Shown here in pieces: positions 21,466 through 31,751 of a stretch of 64,000 nt of DNA. Source of the stretch: a bacterium. GTDB taxonomy: Bacteria > Electryoneota > Electryoneia > Electryoneales > Electryoneaceae. A program made the position numbers and the translations under genes. The notes below the pieces were generated by a model, which saw only the letters and a program-made list of their open reading frames with translations, was not told where the DNA came from and did not search any database. Location: NCBI GenBank assembly GCA_963669175.1, contig OY769902.1, positions 576,001 through 640,000 of the forward strand. Reading direction: 5' to 3'. Positions within the stretch are counted from its first letter, which is position 1, and every line of letters begins with the position of its first letter.

Positions 21466-22710
21466 CTACCCTTCTGCGAGCACCTGATCAATCAACAGTT
21501 TAAACGCGGCGGTAATGGAACGCTGACGGTTGGTTTTTCGGTTTCCATCAAACTGCTGCTTGATGAAGGTTGTTTTTTCCTGATCTGCATAGCCGATATA
21601 GACCAGTCCGACCGGCTTGACATCGGTTCCGCCGGTTGGCCCGGCGATACCGGTAATGGCGAGCGCAACCTGGGCGCGTGATTTTTTCAATGCCCCTTCA
21701 GCCATGGCCTGCACAACCTCTGCCGATACCGCGCCGTGCTTCTCCAGCAATTCCCAGGGCACACCCAGCATCTCGTGTTTTGCTTCATTGGTATAGGTCA
21801 CAAAGCCACGTTCAAACCAGTCCGATGAGCCCGGCACATCCACGCATAGCTTGGCCAGCCAACCCCCGGTACAGGATTCCGCCGCGGTCAGCATCAGGTG
21901 ACGGCTTTTAAGCAGTTTCCCGACACCTTCCGCCAGGGTAAAATCATCTCCTTTGCCGACAATCCAGCGGTTCACCTTCTCCTGAATCAAGCGTTCCGCC
22001 TTATCCAGTTCCATTCCTGCCTCTTCGAAACTGGCAGCCTCCACCGTCAGGCGAAGACGAACCGATCCAACACCGGGAAGAAAAGCAAGCTTGGCGTGTT
22101 GCAGGATATCATCACGATTGTCGAGCTTTTCATAGAGTTCCGCTTCCAGCAAACCAAGCAGGTGGAGGGTGCGTGTCAACACAACCTTACCGCTACGCAG
22201 TTTGCGGACACGTGGGATCACGCCCTGCTGCATGATGCCCTGCATCTCGATAGGCACTCCCGGCATGGCGACAAATACCCGGCCTTCACGTTCCACCCAG
22301 ATCCCCGGCGCGGTGCCGTGGACATTACGAAGCGGTGTGGCGCCCTCGGGAAAATCAGCCTGTTCACGGCTGGTCTCGACAAAACTCAACTGCTGCCGTT
22401 TGTACGCTTCACGCACCTGTTCAAGCAAATCGGTGCGAAATACCAGCGGCAGGTTGAAGAATTTTGCGAGGAGCGCCTTGGTAAGATCGTCGTGTGTAGG
22501 CCCAAGCCCGCCCGTGATCAATGTGATATCACTGCGATGATACGCCTTCTGGAATGCGCCCAGGATGGCTTCACGGTCATCCGGAATAACGCTCATGTGT
22601 TGCACGTTGAAACCTTCACGTGTCATCGCACGCGCCATCCAGCCGGCATTGGAATTATCCACCTGGCCCAGCAGGATCTCGTCACCAATCGCAATGATTT
22701 CCACCTTCAT
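21466..22710 (-). CDS. cinA: Competence/damage-inducible protein CinA (MoCF domain + PncC NMN deamidase)
   Basis: 'IGDEILLG', 'TGGLGPTHDDLT', 'AESCTGG', 'ITGIAGP.GG...KPVGLV'. Start at the ATG after GGAGG. Confidence 0.93.
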   Translation of the reverse strand: MKVEIIAIGDEILLGQVDNSNAGWMARAMTREGFNVQHMSVIPDDREAILGAFQKAYHRSDITLITGGLGPTHDDLTKALLAKFFNLPLVFRTDLLEQVREAYKRQQLSFVETSREQADFPEGATPLRNVHGTAPGIWVEREGRVFVAMPGVPIEMQGIMQQGVIPRVRKLRSGKVVLTRTLHLLGLLEAELYEKLDNRDDILQHAKLAFLPGVGSVRLRLTVEAASFEEAGMELDKAERLIQEKVNRWIVGKGDDFTLAEGVGKLLKSRHLMLTAAESCTGGWLAKLCVDVPGSSDWFERGFVTYTNEAKHEMLGVPWELLEKHGAVSAEVVQAMAEGALKKSRAQVALAITGIAGPTGGTDVKPVGLVYIGYADQEKTTFIKQQFDGNRKTNRQRSITAAFKLLIDQVLAEG

Positions 22711-22896
22711 ATTCGCCTCCATTTTTGCCTCGAAAGGAACAGGACAACTCAAGATGGCGCCCCATTCTTCAGGTAAACCACTAAATAAGACCCTATTGTT
22801 CCCGAAAAGCAAGGCAAAAAGGAATATTGTGCGCCCCTACCGTTTCCATTAGAGAATCGAGAAACAATGACAACAAACGCTACGTGATCCTTTCGC

Positions 22897-24440
22897 TTAA
22901 ATAAATATCTTCAGTATCGGCCATATCGCTTTTAAAGGCTCTCTCAGGTTTCGACAGACATAGATGTGCACATTTTGTTCATACGGCATGGACAGGGGAT
23001 GGTTGGTACGTCCTTTCTCTTCTGTTTCTTCAAAGAATTCCCCCAGTCTTTCCTGGCCTTGGTTATCCACAACGATCATAACCTTTCCGTTATAATCTCC
23101 CGGCCCCCAGTGCCAGTAGCTGTTGTGACCACAAATTACAGGTGGCAAATCATACTCTTCCGTGTAGTATTCGAGCGAAGCAGCACGACCATAGTTCGTA
23201 GTAAAAATAACACAATCCGTCTTGTCACTATCCGGTAAAGCCTGATATACAGCAGCGGTTTTTTGGGCGAGTTTTTCCCAACCGAAACGATCAGCGAAGA
23301 ATTGAGGAAGTACGCCCTGTTCATTCTGTTCTCCAGTTTCCAGATTCATACCCGTTTTTCTGGCAAAGGAGATATAATCCTGCACCGGAAGCACAGGAAC
23401 AGCAAAAGGCATGGCAATCAGGAGAGCAATAACAGTGTAAACAACCGTGACCGGCGGCACCCAACGCCATTTCTTTCCCCTGTCAACCAGTCTTTCAATC
23501 GCCAACGCTCCGGTAGCGATAAGAACAGGAAAGCTGGGATTTGCATAGTAAGATTTGGCGCTGCCGGTGAAGACCAGGATGCCCATGACTACAAGCCAGA
23601 ATATTCCCGCCCAACGGTGTAACTTTGTTTCTTTGCTTACGAACAGATAAACCAATCCCGTCACCCAGATCGGGAACAAGAGAGGATTTATCTCAAATGC
23701 AACTGCCACTATAAATTCCAACGGATTCATGGGCTGAAGCTTGTACGTCGTAGCGTTACGTATAAATTCCAGTGTAGGCCATTGGTAAACAATCTGCCAT
23801 ATCAGGTACGGGGAAAATAGCAGTAATGCGATAATCGCGCCCGTCCAGGGGAAGGTGCCTTGAACATAGAACGGTGCCGGGTCGTGATCAAACCGATGAA
23901 GATACCTGCACTCAACCACAATACACTGATTTTATTCATCAGCCCGAGCCCAAGTACAAGGCCGAGGATATACCAGTAGTAGGCCGCACCTCCATTGGCC
24001 AGCATTGCAACGATATAGAGCGCTATGCTCCACACCAGCACATCGAAGCTGTTCATGGAATAGAAGCTATTGATTCCGAGAAAACCGGGGATGGCAATAA
24101 TCATCAGAGCGGTAAGAACCTGGGCAAAAGTACATCCGCCAAATTCCCGTGCAATCAAACCACCAAACACAACCGTCACAGCTCCGGCAAATGCCGGCAG
24201 AATTCTGATCGCAAACAAACTGTCACCGAGAAGACCACGTTCTATCCACAAGAGGAATATGGACAATGCGGGATGATCAACATATCCGAACGCCAAGTGA
24301 TCGGCACAGGCGAGGTAGTAGTATTCATCACGGAAAAATCCGTAACTGTCAACCGCATTAAGGACCAAGTGAAACAGAAGTTTTATCCCGGCGATGATCA
24401 GGATCCAACGTAGCCCGGAGTCAATCTTCGAAAAGCGCAC
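22897..24440 (-). pseudogene. ArnT/PMT-like (GT39/GT83) membrane glycosyltransferase with a 1-bp frameshift near 23853
   Basis: N-half 'FFRDEYYY...GYVDHP' (23802-24440) and C-half (22897-23919) overlap; adding one T restores '...SMFKAPFPWTGAII...'. Confidence 0.8.
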
Positions 24441-24479
24441 AGCATCCTCCCCGACTGGTCCACTAGACCAGCCTCCTGC

Positions 24480-27278
24480 TTAACGCGCCCACGTAGTCAA
24501 CAATATACGTTGCCATTGAGGGTATGTTCCCCGCGTCTCATATTGCCAACGTTCAGGGTTAAACACCCAGCGTGGTGAATGTTCCAGAACCGGCGGTTCG
24601 ATATCCATCCCCTTTGAGCTTCGATATTGGCTGATCAAGGCCAGTACGATTAATAAATCCGGTGATGCTGGCGTCTGGGCTACGTCAACAGTAAATCCAG
24701 TTGGATTGATCAACAACGTGTGCAATAGCCTCATGGCAACAAGATTTTCATTCTCCGGTTCCAGGTTTTCCACTTCTCCCAGTTGTTCTTCGGCCGCATC
24801 GTATTCACCATGCATCAGGAGCACACGTGCGAAATCCAAACGTAGATCTGCGATTCCGGTACGTGTTTCCAGGGCTTTCTCGAAATGTACACGCGAGCTG
24901 TCCAGCAACCCGGATGGTTTCTTGTTCACGAAGGTCTGGCTGCTGTCCCCGAAGGCCAGTCCCAGCCCCCAGTGAGCTTCCGGGAGATCGCTCTGAGCTT
25001 CCAATACCAGGGTGAAAGCGTGTATAGACCGACTGTATTCGCCATTGATCCACGCATAGTGCCCGGTGTCCAACCACAACTCGTGGGGTTCATCCATGCC
25101 GGACAGCAACATACCCTGCCCCAGCGCATCCATGACACTTTCCATCGGCTGATTGGCATGGAAACGCACTGAAGCCAGGTTGATATGGGATTTTGCGTTG
25201 TTGGGATACAGTTCAACGGCGCGTTCAGCCAGTTGGAGCGCATCTGTATCACGATCCAGTATGGACAGCAACCAGGCCTTTATCTCCAGAACCTGCTTGT
25301 CGTTGCTGTTTTCTTCCGGAAGATCTTCGATAAGAATTAGCGCAGAGTCCGCTTTGCCACGTTCAACCAGTTCATAAGCGGCATTCAGCTTTCCGACCAT
25401 GTAATAGGGAGCCATATCTTCAACCGCCAGAAAGCGTTCGACCAATGTCAGAAGCGCCGGGTCCAATTCCTCCAGTCTTTCACGGACAATTTCCGCCGAA
25501 TCATACTGGTGGCGCGGTTTGGAATGATAAGCGTTCACCCCTTCAGCGAAATACTCCCAGAAGGTCAGCCCCTGGTAACGGCTCATGAACCGTTTGCTGC
25601 CGTTAGCCTCATCCGCCTTGGCCTGCCGGTACAGCGCTTCGATGTCCTGCTTTTCTTTCTCGGTCAGGATGCCGTGAACCTGGTGAGTAAGCTCATGAAT
25701 AACAGTGTTGTATCCGCCATAAATCATCCGCTCGACATCTTCCACCCCGGTTACGGTATGATATCCGCCGCAACCACGCACATCATCCCACAAGCGTGAA
25801 TCCAGGTTGATTCGTGCATCCCGCATGGATTCCAACTGCGGGCACTCGGACAGGATTTCATGCAACGGCTTGATGTAATGGGTGGAACCAGTCGCAACCA
25901 GCACTGGCACAAATCGTCGCCATGGATAAACCGACATGGCAACTCGTTTCTGGTGGCGGGGATGCAACGATTGCCAGTTCGGAACATACTCTTCTATCCC
26001 GGGCACTTCCGGGAAGGATTCCGCTTCAAAGTCCTGGTCTTCTTTCTGGTGATAGACTGAAACCCGCATGCGTCGAACTTCCTGAACACGGGCGTAGATG
26101 GCGTGCACGCGACCATACTCAGGCACATCAGCCAACACACTGAAACAGAGCTGTTCCGCGGTAGCCATGTCGCCATCTTCCCAGGCCAACGACGCCAGGA
26201 TTATACGCGGTTCGACAAGTTCCGTGTGTTGTTCCGTAAGGCTTTGTAAGCGTTCACTCGCTTCTTCACGATGCCCGGCCCTCAACAGCTCTTTGACAGC
26301 TCCAATTTCAACAGCTTTCGCTTCACCTGCAAAATGGTCGGGATAGCGTTCGTAAAGCTGGGTGTAATTGTAGTGTCCCATGCCATTGCCGAGATAATAA
26401 TGCGCCATCTCATGGTAGGGATTCAGTTCCAGAACAAGTTCGAAAAGCTGCGTTGCTTCACGCACCCTGCCTAATCGTACCAGGTTCAACCCCAACAGAA
26501 ACAGCGCATCATCTCCGAAGCCACCATTATGGATTGTCCAGACAAGAGTGTCAACTGCCGCCTGGTTCTCCCCTTTCTTTTCCAACGCCTGCGCTGTCAG
26601 GATGGTAGCCTGGGACATCAGCAGTGGATCTTGAAAAGCAACATTTAATACACCTTCCGCATACAGCGTGACTTGCGGGGGGTGAACTTCCACTTTAAGG
26701 CCACGTGCCGCCAACAAGCGCTGACAACAAGCAAGGGCCGAATCAGGATCATGCTGTTTCAGGGCCAGTGTAGCGCCCAGCAGCATACGGTGCGGGAAAT
26801 ACGTGGTATCGTCGGCAAATTCCACGAAGTATTGATTATACAGTTCATCAAGTTGTTCACGGTCTGTCATCAGGCGAAGCGAGTGTGCCAGCTCCGAACC
26901 GAAATCCGGCATCCAATTAATGTGTAGGTTGCTTTTCGCCTGCGGGGGAAGAAATACTCCGAAATACCGCCCCCGCTTGATTTGGGATAGGTTGTACAAT
27001 GAGGTTGAACGTGGCGACCATATCTGTGGCGCAAGGGTCGTATCATGTGTCCAGATACCGAGCTGATAGATAGCTGTAACCTGGTTGTCATTTAGAGCAG
27101 GATGTTTTTTATTCAGCGGGCCGGCCACCTGCAGCAGCGAATCACGTACGGCCAGCACTTCCTGGATCAGAGGGAATTCATCCGCTTCAACATCGCTGCT
27201 AAGTACTGGTTGAATCCCGGTAAATAACGCAATAAAACCAAGTGCAAGTACGACGTAAAATTCTAACTTCTTCATCAT
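24480..27278 (-). CDS. Secreted TPR protein with central zincin metallopeptidase domain
   Basis: Signal peptide from MMKKLEF after GGAGG; TPR helices; 'VIHELTHQVH' and 'EYFAEGV'. Confidence 0.75.
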   Translation of the reverse strand: MMKKLEFYVVLALGFIALFTGIQPVLSSDVEADEFPLIQEVLAVRDSLLQVAGPLNKKHPALNDNQVTAIYQLGIWTHDTTLAPQIWSPRSTSLYNLSQIKRGRYFGVFLPPQAKSNLHINWMPDFGSELAHSLRLMTDREQLDELYNQYFVEFADDTTYFPHRMLLGATLALKQHDPDSALACCQRLLAARGLKVEVHPPQVTLYAEGVLNVAFQDPLLMSQATILTAQALEKKGENQAAVDTLVWTIHNGGFGDDALFLLGLNLVRLGRVREATQLFELVLELNPYHEMAHYYLGNGMGHYNYTQLYERYPDHFAGEAKAVEIGAVKELLRAGHREEASERLQSLTEQHTELVEPRIILASLAWEDGDMATAEQLCFSVLADVPEYGRVHAIYARVQEVRRMRVSVYHQKEDQDFEAESFPEVPGIEEYVPNWQSLHPRHQKRVAMSVYPWRRFVPVLVATGSTHYIKPLHEILSECPQLESMRDARINLDSRLWDDVRGCGGYHTVTGVEDVERMIYGGYNTVIHELTHQVHGILTEKEKQDIEALYRQAKADEANGSKRFMSRYQGLTFWEYFAEGVNAYHSKPRHQYDSAEIVRERLEELDPALLTLVERFLAVEDMAPYYMVGKLNAAYELVERGKADSALILIEDLPEENSNDKQVLEIKAWLLSILDRDTDALQLAERAVELYPNNAKSHINLASVRFHANQPMESVMDALGQGMLLSGMDEPHELWLDTGHYAWINGEYSRSIHAFTLVLEAQSDLPEAHWGLGLAFGDSSQTFVNKKPSGLLDSSRVHFEKALETRTGIADLRLDFARVLLMHGEYDAAEEQLGEVENLEPENENLVAMRLLHTLLINPTGFTVDVAQTPASPDLLIVLALISQYRSSKGMDIEPPVLEHSPRWVFNPERWQYETRGTYPQWQRILLTTWAR

Positions 27279-27348
27279 ACCTCCACGGTTTTCCAAAATA
27301 TCGCAATGCCCGAATACACACTTTCTATTATACCATCTCCAGCCATAT

Positions 27349-27580
27349 GTCATCCCAGCGAAGCAGGCTGCATCAGAATCGGCTACACTCTCATCCCAGC
27401 GAAGGCTGGGATCCAGGCAAGTATCGACAATACAACAAGTTGCTCGCACAAACAGCTCTCAATGTACCGCGCCTCTTGAGAATACTTAATCTCTTGTAAT
27501 ATCGCAACATGACTGGATCCCAGCCTTCGCTGGGATGAGAATATCATTGATTCTGAGACACCCTGGAAAGCTGGGATGAG
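27349..27580. repeat. Cluster of palindromic REP-like repeats
   Basis: Perfect 28-bp inverted pair TCTCATCCCAGCGAAGGCTGGGATCCAG (27389-27416) and 27513-27540, plus partial copies at about 27349 and 27568. Confidence 0.8.
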
Positions 27581-27679
27581 AGCCTCAAAAATTCCGATAC
27601 AACCTGGCAAACGGGGATCTACTCCATAGGCCGTACTTACCAATGGCTGTGTAAGGAACAATCGTCCCGACTCGAATTA

Positions 27680-28729
27680 CTACCTTTCAAACAGGCACGC
27701 GCAATCTTCCTTATGCGGGCCGTTATCGTCGCAGATTGCAAAATCGCTCGGTCCCCACATGGACACCCCGGCATGGTCGCCATTCGGACCGATCAGGTAA
27801 AACTTCAACCCGAAATTGGGACGCCCATCTTCCTGGAGCAGGTGCTTTTCACGGGTGGTATGCGCCACACGCCGTAACACTTCCAGCCCGGCATCGACTG
27901 GTGACATACCCTGACGCATCAATTCAACCCCGGCAAAGGAACACAGGTTCTGCAGGTTGGCCTCGCCACGCCCTGTACTGCCGCAGGTTCCTACTTCGTT
28001 ATCGCAATACAGCCCGGCGCCGATGATGGGTGAATCGCCAACACGGCCCGGCATTTTGAAAAACAGGCCACTGGTGGTCGTCACGCAGGAGACATTTCCT
28101 TTCGCATCAATCCCGCCGCAGTGAATCGTCCCGGTGGGGCGTCCGAAGAAATCACGCACGTACGGCTCCAGCTCCTCGTCTGGCGGGGTCAGCCAGTCAT
28201 CGTCATCGGAGAGGGATTGTTTCCAGTAGAGCCAGATATTGCGAGCCTTTTCGGTCAACAGGTTTTCCTCGGGGAATCCATTGGCGCGTGCGAACTGGAG
28301 CGCCCCTTCACCTACGAGCAGCACATGGTCTGTCTGTTCCATGACCAGCTTGGCGACTTTGGACGGATTCTTGATATTGCGTAGTGATGCTACCGCTCCG
28401 GCACGATGTGACGGGCCATGCATGACCGCCGAGTCCAATTCCACGATCCCGTTTTCGTTGGGAAGGCCACCGTACCCGACAGTGATGTCTTCCGGGTCAT
28501 CTTCTACCACGTTCACCCCGGCGATCACCGCATCCAGCACATCCTCCCCGGAAGTGATCTTTTCGTAGGCAATCCGCACAGCTTCCATACCATTGCCGGA
28601 CGCTACCACTTTCGGGGTGAACTTCCCCTTTTTCTTCACAATCGGAGCGCTATGAGCGCTGGCCCCGGTCAATAAAGTCGCCCCTGCCGCCGCAACACCG
28701 GTTGTCTTCAGAAATTCACGCCTTTGCAT
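27680..28729 (-). CDS. Tat-exported glycosylasparaginase / type 2 asparaginase (Ntn hydrolase)
   Basis: 'RREFLK' Tat motif, 'VGYGGLPN', 'GTIH', 'TTTSGL.FK.PGRVGDSPIIGAG', 'TGRGE'. Confidence 0.9.
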   Translation of the reverse strand: MQRREFLKTTGVAAAGATLLTGASAHSAPIVKKKGKFTPKVVASGNGMEAVRIAYEKITSGEDVLDAVIAGVNVVEDDPEDITVGYGGLPNENGIVELDSAVMHGPSHRAGAVASLRNIKNPSKVAKLVMEQTDHVLLVGEGALQFARANGFPEENLLTEKARNIWLYWKQSLSDDDDWLTPPDEELEPYVRDFFGRPTGTIHCGGIDAKGNVSCVTTTSGLFFKMPGRVGDSPIIGAGLYCDNEVGTCGSTGRGEANLQNLCSFAGVELMRQGMSPVDAGLEVLRRVAHTTREKHLLQEDGRPNFGLKFYLIGPNGDHAGVSMWGPSDFAICDDNGPHKEDCACLFER

Positions 28730-29058
28730 CCCTGTTCTCTCCCCGTAAATAGTCCCTGCCGCTTGAAACCTGTATGCCGTTTCACCACATGATAGAAGGT
28801 GAGAATAATACATGGCAACGCTTCTGCAAAGTAGTGCCCTGTTACCCGATGAACAAGCCTGAACTTCAGGCGAAAAATCGTGATTACCCTGAATTACAGG
28901 GAAGGAATTCATAGGTATTGAATCTCACCTGTCTTACAATATGTTGAGTGAAAACAGACACTTGGTATCGCTCGAGTTCAATGGAGAAATAGCTCTCCTG
29001 ATTCGCTCCTGCCTCTTGCCTTCGGGGGGGTTAGCCTCTAACTTACGACGCTTGAAAC

Positions 29059-29135
29059 GCGCCTGTAGCTCAACTGGATAGAGCATCTGACTACGGATCA
29101 GAAGGTTTGGGGTTCGAATCCCTACAGGCGTACCA
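29059..29135 (+). tRNA. tRNA-Arg (ACG)
   Basis: GCGCCTG acceptor stem, D-loop 'TAGCTCAACTGGATAGAGC', anticodon arm TCTGA-CT ACG GA-TCAGA, GGTTCGAATCC T-loop, 3' CCA. Confidence 0.97.
29089..29133 (+). repeat. attL core (45 bp)
   Basis: GACTACGGATCAGAAGGTTTGGGGTTCGAATCCCTACAGGCGTAC, identical to 52460-52504. Confidence 0.95.
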
Positions 29136-29142
29136 TAAAGAA

Positions 29143-29180
29143 CAAGGGGTTAGGCGAGATGCCTGACCCCTTTGTTTTTT
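29143..29180 (+). terminator. Element-supplied terminator after the tRNA
   Basis: AAGGGGTTAGGC-gagat-GCCTGACCCCTT followed by TGTTTTTT. Confidence 0.75.
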
Positions 29181-29181
29181 G

Positions 29182-29206
29182 CGCGTACATCATATGTACA
29201 TCAAAC
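29182..29206 (+). repeat. Putative integrase arm-type site (left)
   Basis: CGCGTACATCATATGTACATCAAAC, identical to 52319-52343; contains GTACATCA twice. Confidence 0.75.
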
Positions 29207-29218
29207 TCTGCTTTCAGA

Positions 29219-30301
29219 TCAATCTGGCAAGGATTCCGTGTCGTCTGTAAGAACCGCATAAGACAGCTTGGAAATGGCCTGTTCGGCAACGGATGGCGCA
29301 AGGTGGGCGTAATACTTTTCTGTTACTGTCACTGAACTGTGACCAAGCAGTTGGGACACTGTCCAAATCGGAACCCCCTGCTGTACAAGGTTCGATGCGA
29401 ATGTGTGTCGCAATGTGTGTGTACTCGCCCAGGGCATACCGATGCTGGTCAGTACCTTGGAAATATGCTGTCCTACATAGTCTTGATCCCACGGTTTGTC
29501 TGGATACTTGGCAGAACAGAAGACAGGTTTACCTCGCCTTGGTTCCAGTGAACGGATAAGTTTGTCCAGAGCGGGGAATTGCTTGAAGCGTATCATCCGG
29601 TTCTTTTTCGACTTGGTTTTGCTTCCACGGAAGTGAATGACACCGTTCCGGAGATCAATGTCATCACCCATCAGGCTGACCGTTTCGCCACGACGAGCAC
29701 CGGTAAACAGCAAGAAGTCAACCATGGGCGCTAGTGGATCGCCACGAAAAGCTTCACGAAGCTTCTGAACCTGGTGAGATTCCAGAAAGCGCGGTGTTTC
29801 CTTTTCCGGTACTTTGAACTGCTGCATCTTGCGCATAGGACTTTCCACAAGGTAATCCAATTCAATGGCCTTGTTGAAGAAAGCACGAAGATGACGGAAT
29901 TCGATGTTCATGGATACTGGGGATAATGTTTTCAAACGTTCCTGCTGATAGGTCTCGACGCATGCGCGCGTTACGTCCGCAAGCTTTATATCACCTGTAA
30001 ATTCAACGAATCCGCTAATAATGTCACTGTCCATGTTTGCTGTCTTCACTGCTTTATAGTTTTGGCTGTATTCTATGTATTGCGTGAAGTACTCTGACAG
30101 TGAGATAGTGTTGTTATCCGGATCCTGGGACGGGTCGATAGCTTTGATTCCTTCTGCTTCAAACGCGTGAAGTTTTATCGCAGCTTGTCGTTTGTTGATC
30201 TTTCCAAGTGAACGTGTGCGGTTATGGCCAGTTTCGTCCCAGAATTGCAGGTACCAGATTTTCCGGCCATCCTTTCCAATACGGGTATAGATGCGTGCCA
30301 T
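29219..30301 (-). CDS. int: Tyrosine recombinase/integrase
   Basis: 'TGARRGE', 'KTK', 'HTLRHTFAS', 'LLGHSS..VTEKYYAH'; N-terminal arm-binding-like beta domain. Confidence 0.95.
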   Translation of the reverse strand: MARIYTRIGKDGRKIWYLQFWDETGHNRTRSLGKINKRQAAIKLHAFEAEGIKAIDPSQDPDNNTISLSEYFTQYIEYSQNYKAVKTANMDSDIISGFVEFTGDIKLADVTRACVETYQQERLKTLSPVSMNIEFRHLRAFFNKAIELDYLVESPMRKMQQFKVPEKETPRFLESHQVQKLREAFRGDPLAPMVDFLLFTGARRGETVSLMGDDIDLRNGVIHFRGSKTKSKKNRMIRFKQFPALDKLIRSLEPRRGKPVFCSAKYPDKPWDQDYVGQHISKVLTSIGMPWASTHTLRHTFASNLVQQGVPIWTVSQLLGHSSVTVTEKYYAHLAPSVAEQAISKLSYAVLTDDTESLPD

Positions 30302-30310
30302 GTGACCTCC

Positions 30311-30568
30311 TTACGCTGCACGCATGTGTGTTTGGAACACAGTGGAACGTTCACGATGACCATTGATGAAATCCTGAATCTGGTCATAGGTGAACATGAT
30401 CTTGTTCCCTGGAGTCCTTATACATTCAATTTTGCCATCTGCCACCCAATTATAGATGGTGTTGATATGCTTGTCGCCAAGCAACAACGCTACAGCTTTG
30501 ATGTCTTTCAGAAGTGTTCCATCTGGCCAGGTCGGTGTGGTTTTACTACGCGGAGTTTTTTCCTGCAT
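30311..30568 (-). CDS. xis: Excisionase / recombination directionality factor (HTH_17-like)
   Basis: 'IKAVALLLG..HINTIYNWVADGKIECIRTPG..IMF'; its stop codon overlaps the integrase RBS (TAAGGAGG). Confidence 0.8.
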   Translation of the reverse strand: MQEKTPRSKTTPTWPDGTLLKDIKAVALLLGDKHINTIYNWVADGKIECIRTPGNKIMFTYDQIQDFINGHRERSTVFQTHMRAA

Positions 30569-30681
30569 TTGTTGCCTCTACTAAATGGTTGTTGGGGTGA
30601 ATTACTGCGGTTTAGGAAGGAGTCACTGGACAGTGATGATTTTCCCCTACCAATACATATCTCCACTTTTTTTTTCATTTT

Positions 30682-31515
30682 TCACGAGCTCCTGGAGCAA
30701 TAGGAAACAAAACACTTCAAATGCTCATGGTTACTAACATCATTTAGCACGCAAGCACGATTGACAGGGCATGTTTGGCACTGCCATCCAGGATTAGGCG
30801 GGTATACTTCAGCCTGAATTGCATGCAGGATACCGGCTGCAACCTGGAAGAACTGGCTGTCTGATTCAGGGGTACGAATGGAGAACCGCTGGTCAAAATC
30901 CACTGTCTTTGTTTTTACCAGCGCGTCAATGCGGAGCAAGGCGTTTTCGTCGGCTGGGATGTCACCGCGTAACCGTGCGGCATAGGCATACGCCCATAAC
31001 TGAATGTTGTTGACCATATCAGTATCCGCGGGACGCTTCGACAGTACCTTGTGGTCAACAATACTGATGCGTCCCTGATCATCGGCTTCCAGCAGGTCAA
31101 ACCGCCCGACCAGGTCAACAGGCAGGATTAAACCTGTGTCCGGGTCAACCAGTGGAATCCTGAATTCATCTTCGACAGCCACAACGTTGCCTGGGTGGAT
31201 GGAGTCGTAGAAAACTGTCAGCAGTTCACATCCCTGGTGGATGATTTCATCGTGATCTTGAATGTCCAGAACACGGCCATCGGTTTCCTGCCGCCAGTCC
31301 TCCACAAACACCTCATGAAGGTCACCAAGCTGGATCAGGCGTCCCTCCTGCCATTCACGGTAGAAACATTCCAGGGCTGTATGAATTGCAGATCCAAGCA
31401 ACATTGCCGATGGATATACCTCCCAGGGAATGCGGTCGATATACTGCAGCTTGTACTTCTGCGGGCATTGCAGCCACGTCTTGATCTGCGATGCGGAAAG
31501 GTGGTCAAGTTCCAT
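30682..31515 (-). CDS. PD-(D/E)xK nuclease (RecB/AddB/Cas4-like, four-Cys Fe-S type)
   Basis: 'HLSASQI..W.QCP', 'GSAIH', 'GRFDL', 'IVDHK', 'QLWAY', 'CQTCP...AC'. Confidence 0.85.
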   Translation of the reverse strand: MELDHLSASQIKTWLQCPQKYKLQYIDRIPWEVYPSAMLLGSAIHTALECFYREWQEGRLIQLGDLHEVFVEDWRQETDGRVLDIQDHDEIIHQGCELLTVFYDSIHPGNVVAVEDEFRIPLVDPDTGLILPVDLVGRFDLLEADDQGRISIVDHKVLSKRPADTDMVNNIQLWAYAYAARLRGDIPADENALLRIDALVKTKTVDFDQRFSIRTPESDSQFFQVAAGILHAIQAEVYPPNPGWQCQTCPVNRACVLNDVSNHEHLKCFVSYCSRSS

Positions 31516-31526
31516 GTTCGCCCCTT

Positions 31527-31667
31527 TCAGCAACTGATAAAAAGCAGGACAATGATCACAAACAGCAGAACCGCGCCTAAAATGGAATTCCCCGCCGAGC
31601 GTTCACCTTCTTGTCCGGAAAGCCCAAGCAGAATAACGATCAGAGCAGCTATAATGAGCCAAATCAT
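31527..31667 (-). CDS. 46-aa two-helix membrane protein (absent from ORF track)
   Basis: Hand translation MIWLIIAALIVILLGLSGQEGERSAGNSILGAVLLFVIIVLLFISC; strong RBS (GGGAGG); fills the gap in the operon. Confidence 0.65.
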   Translation of the reverse strand: MIWLIIAALIVILLGLSGQEGERSAGNSILGAVLLFVIIVLLFISC

Positions 31668-31751
31668 GTTTCCTCCCTTACAATGCAAACGGGCCAGCAG
31701 CCCCGAATGAGGCTACCAGCCCGCCCAGATGAATGATGTTGTGAATGTTGT

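Noticed and set aside
18784-22776. Long antisense ORFs (18784-19671, 21898-22776; likewise 6646-7491, 52884-53786)
   Set aside because: Shadows of well-supported genes on the opposite strand, with no recognisable motifs.
27279-27449. N-terminal extension of the 989-aa ORF and the ORF at 27383-27661
   Set aside because: Read-through of REP-like palindromes; the RBS and signal peptide begin at 27278.
30682-31515. Calling the nuclease cas4
   Set aside because: It lies 9 kb from the cas operon in a recombination operon, and type I-E systems normally lack Cas4; kept as generic PD-(D/E)xK.
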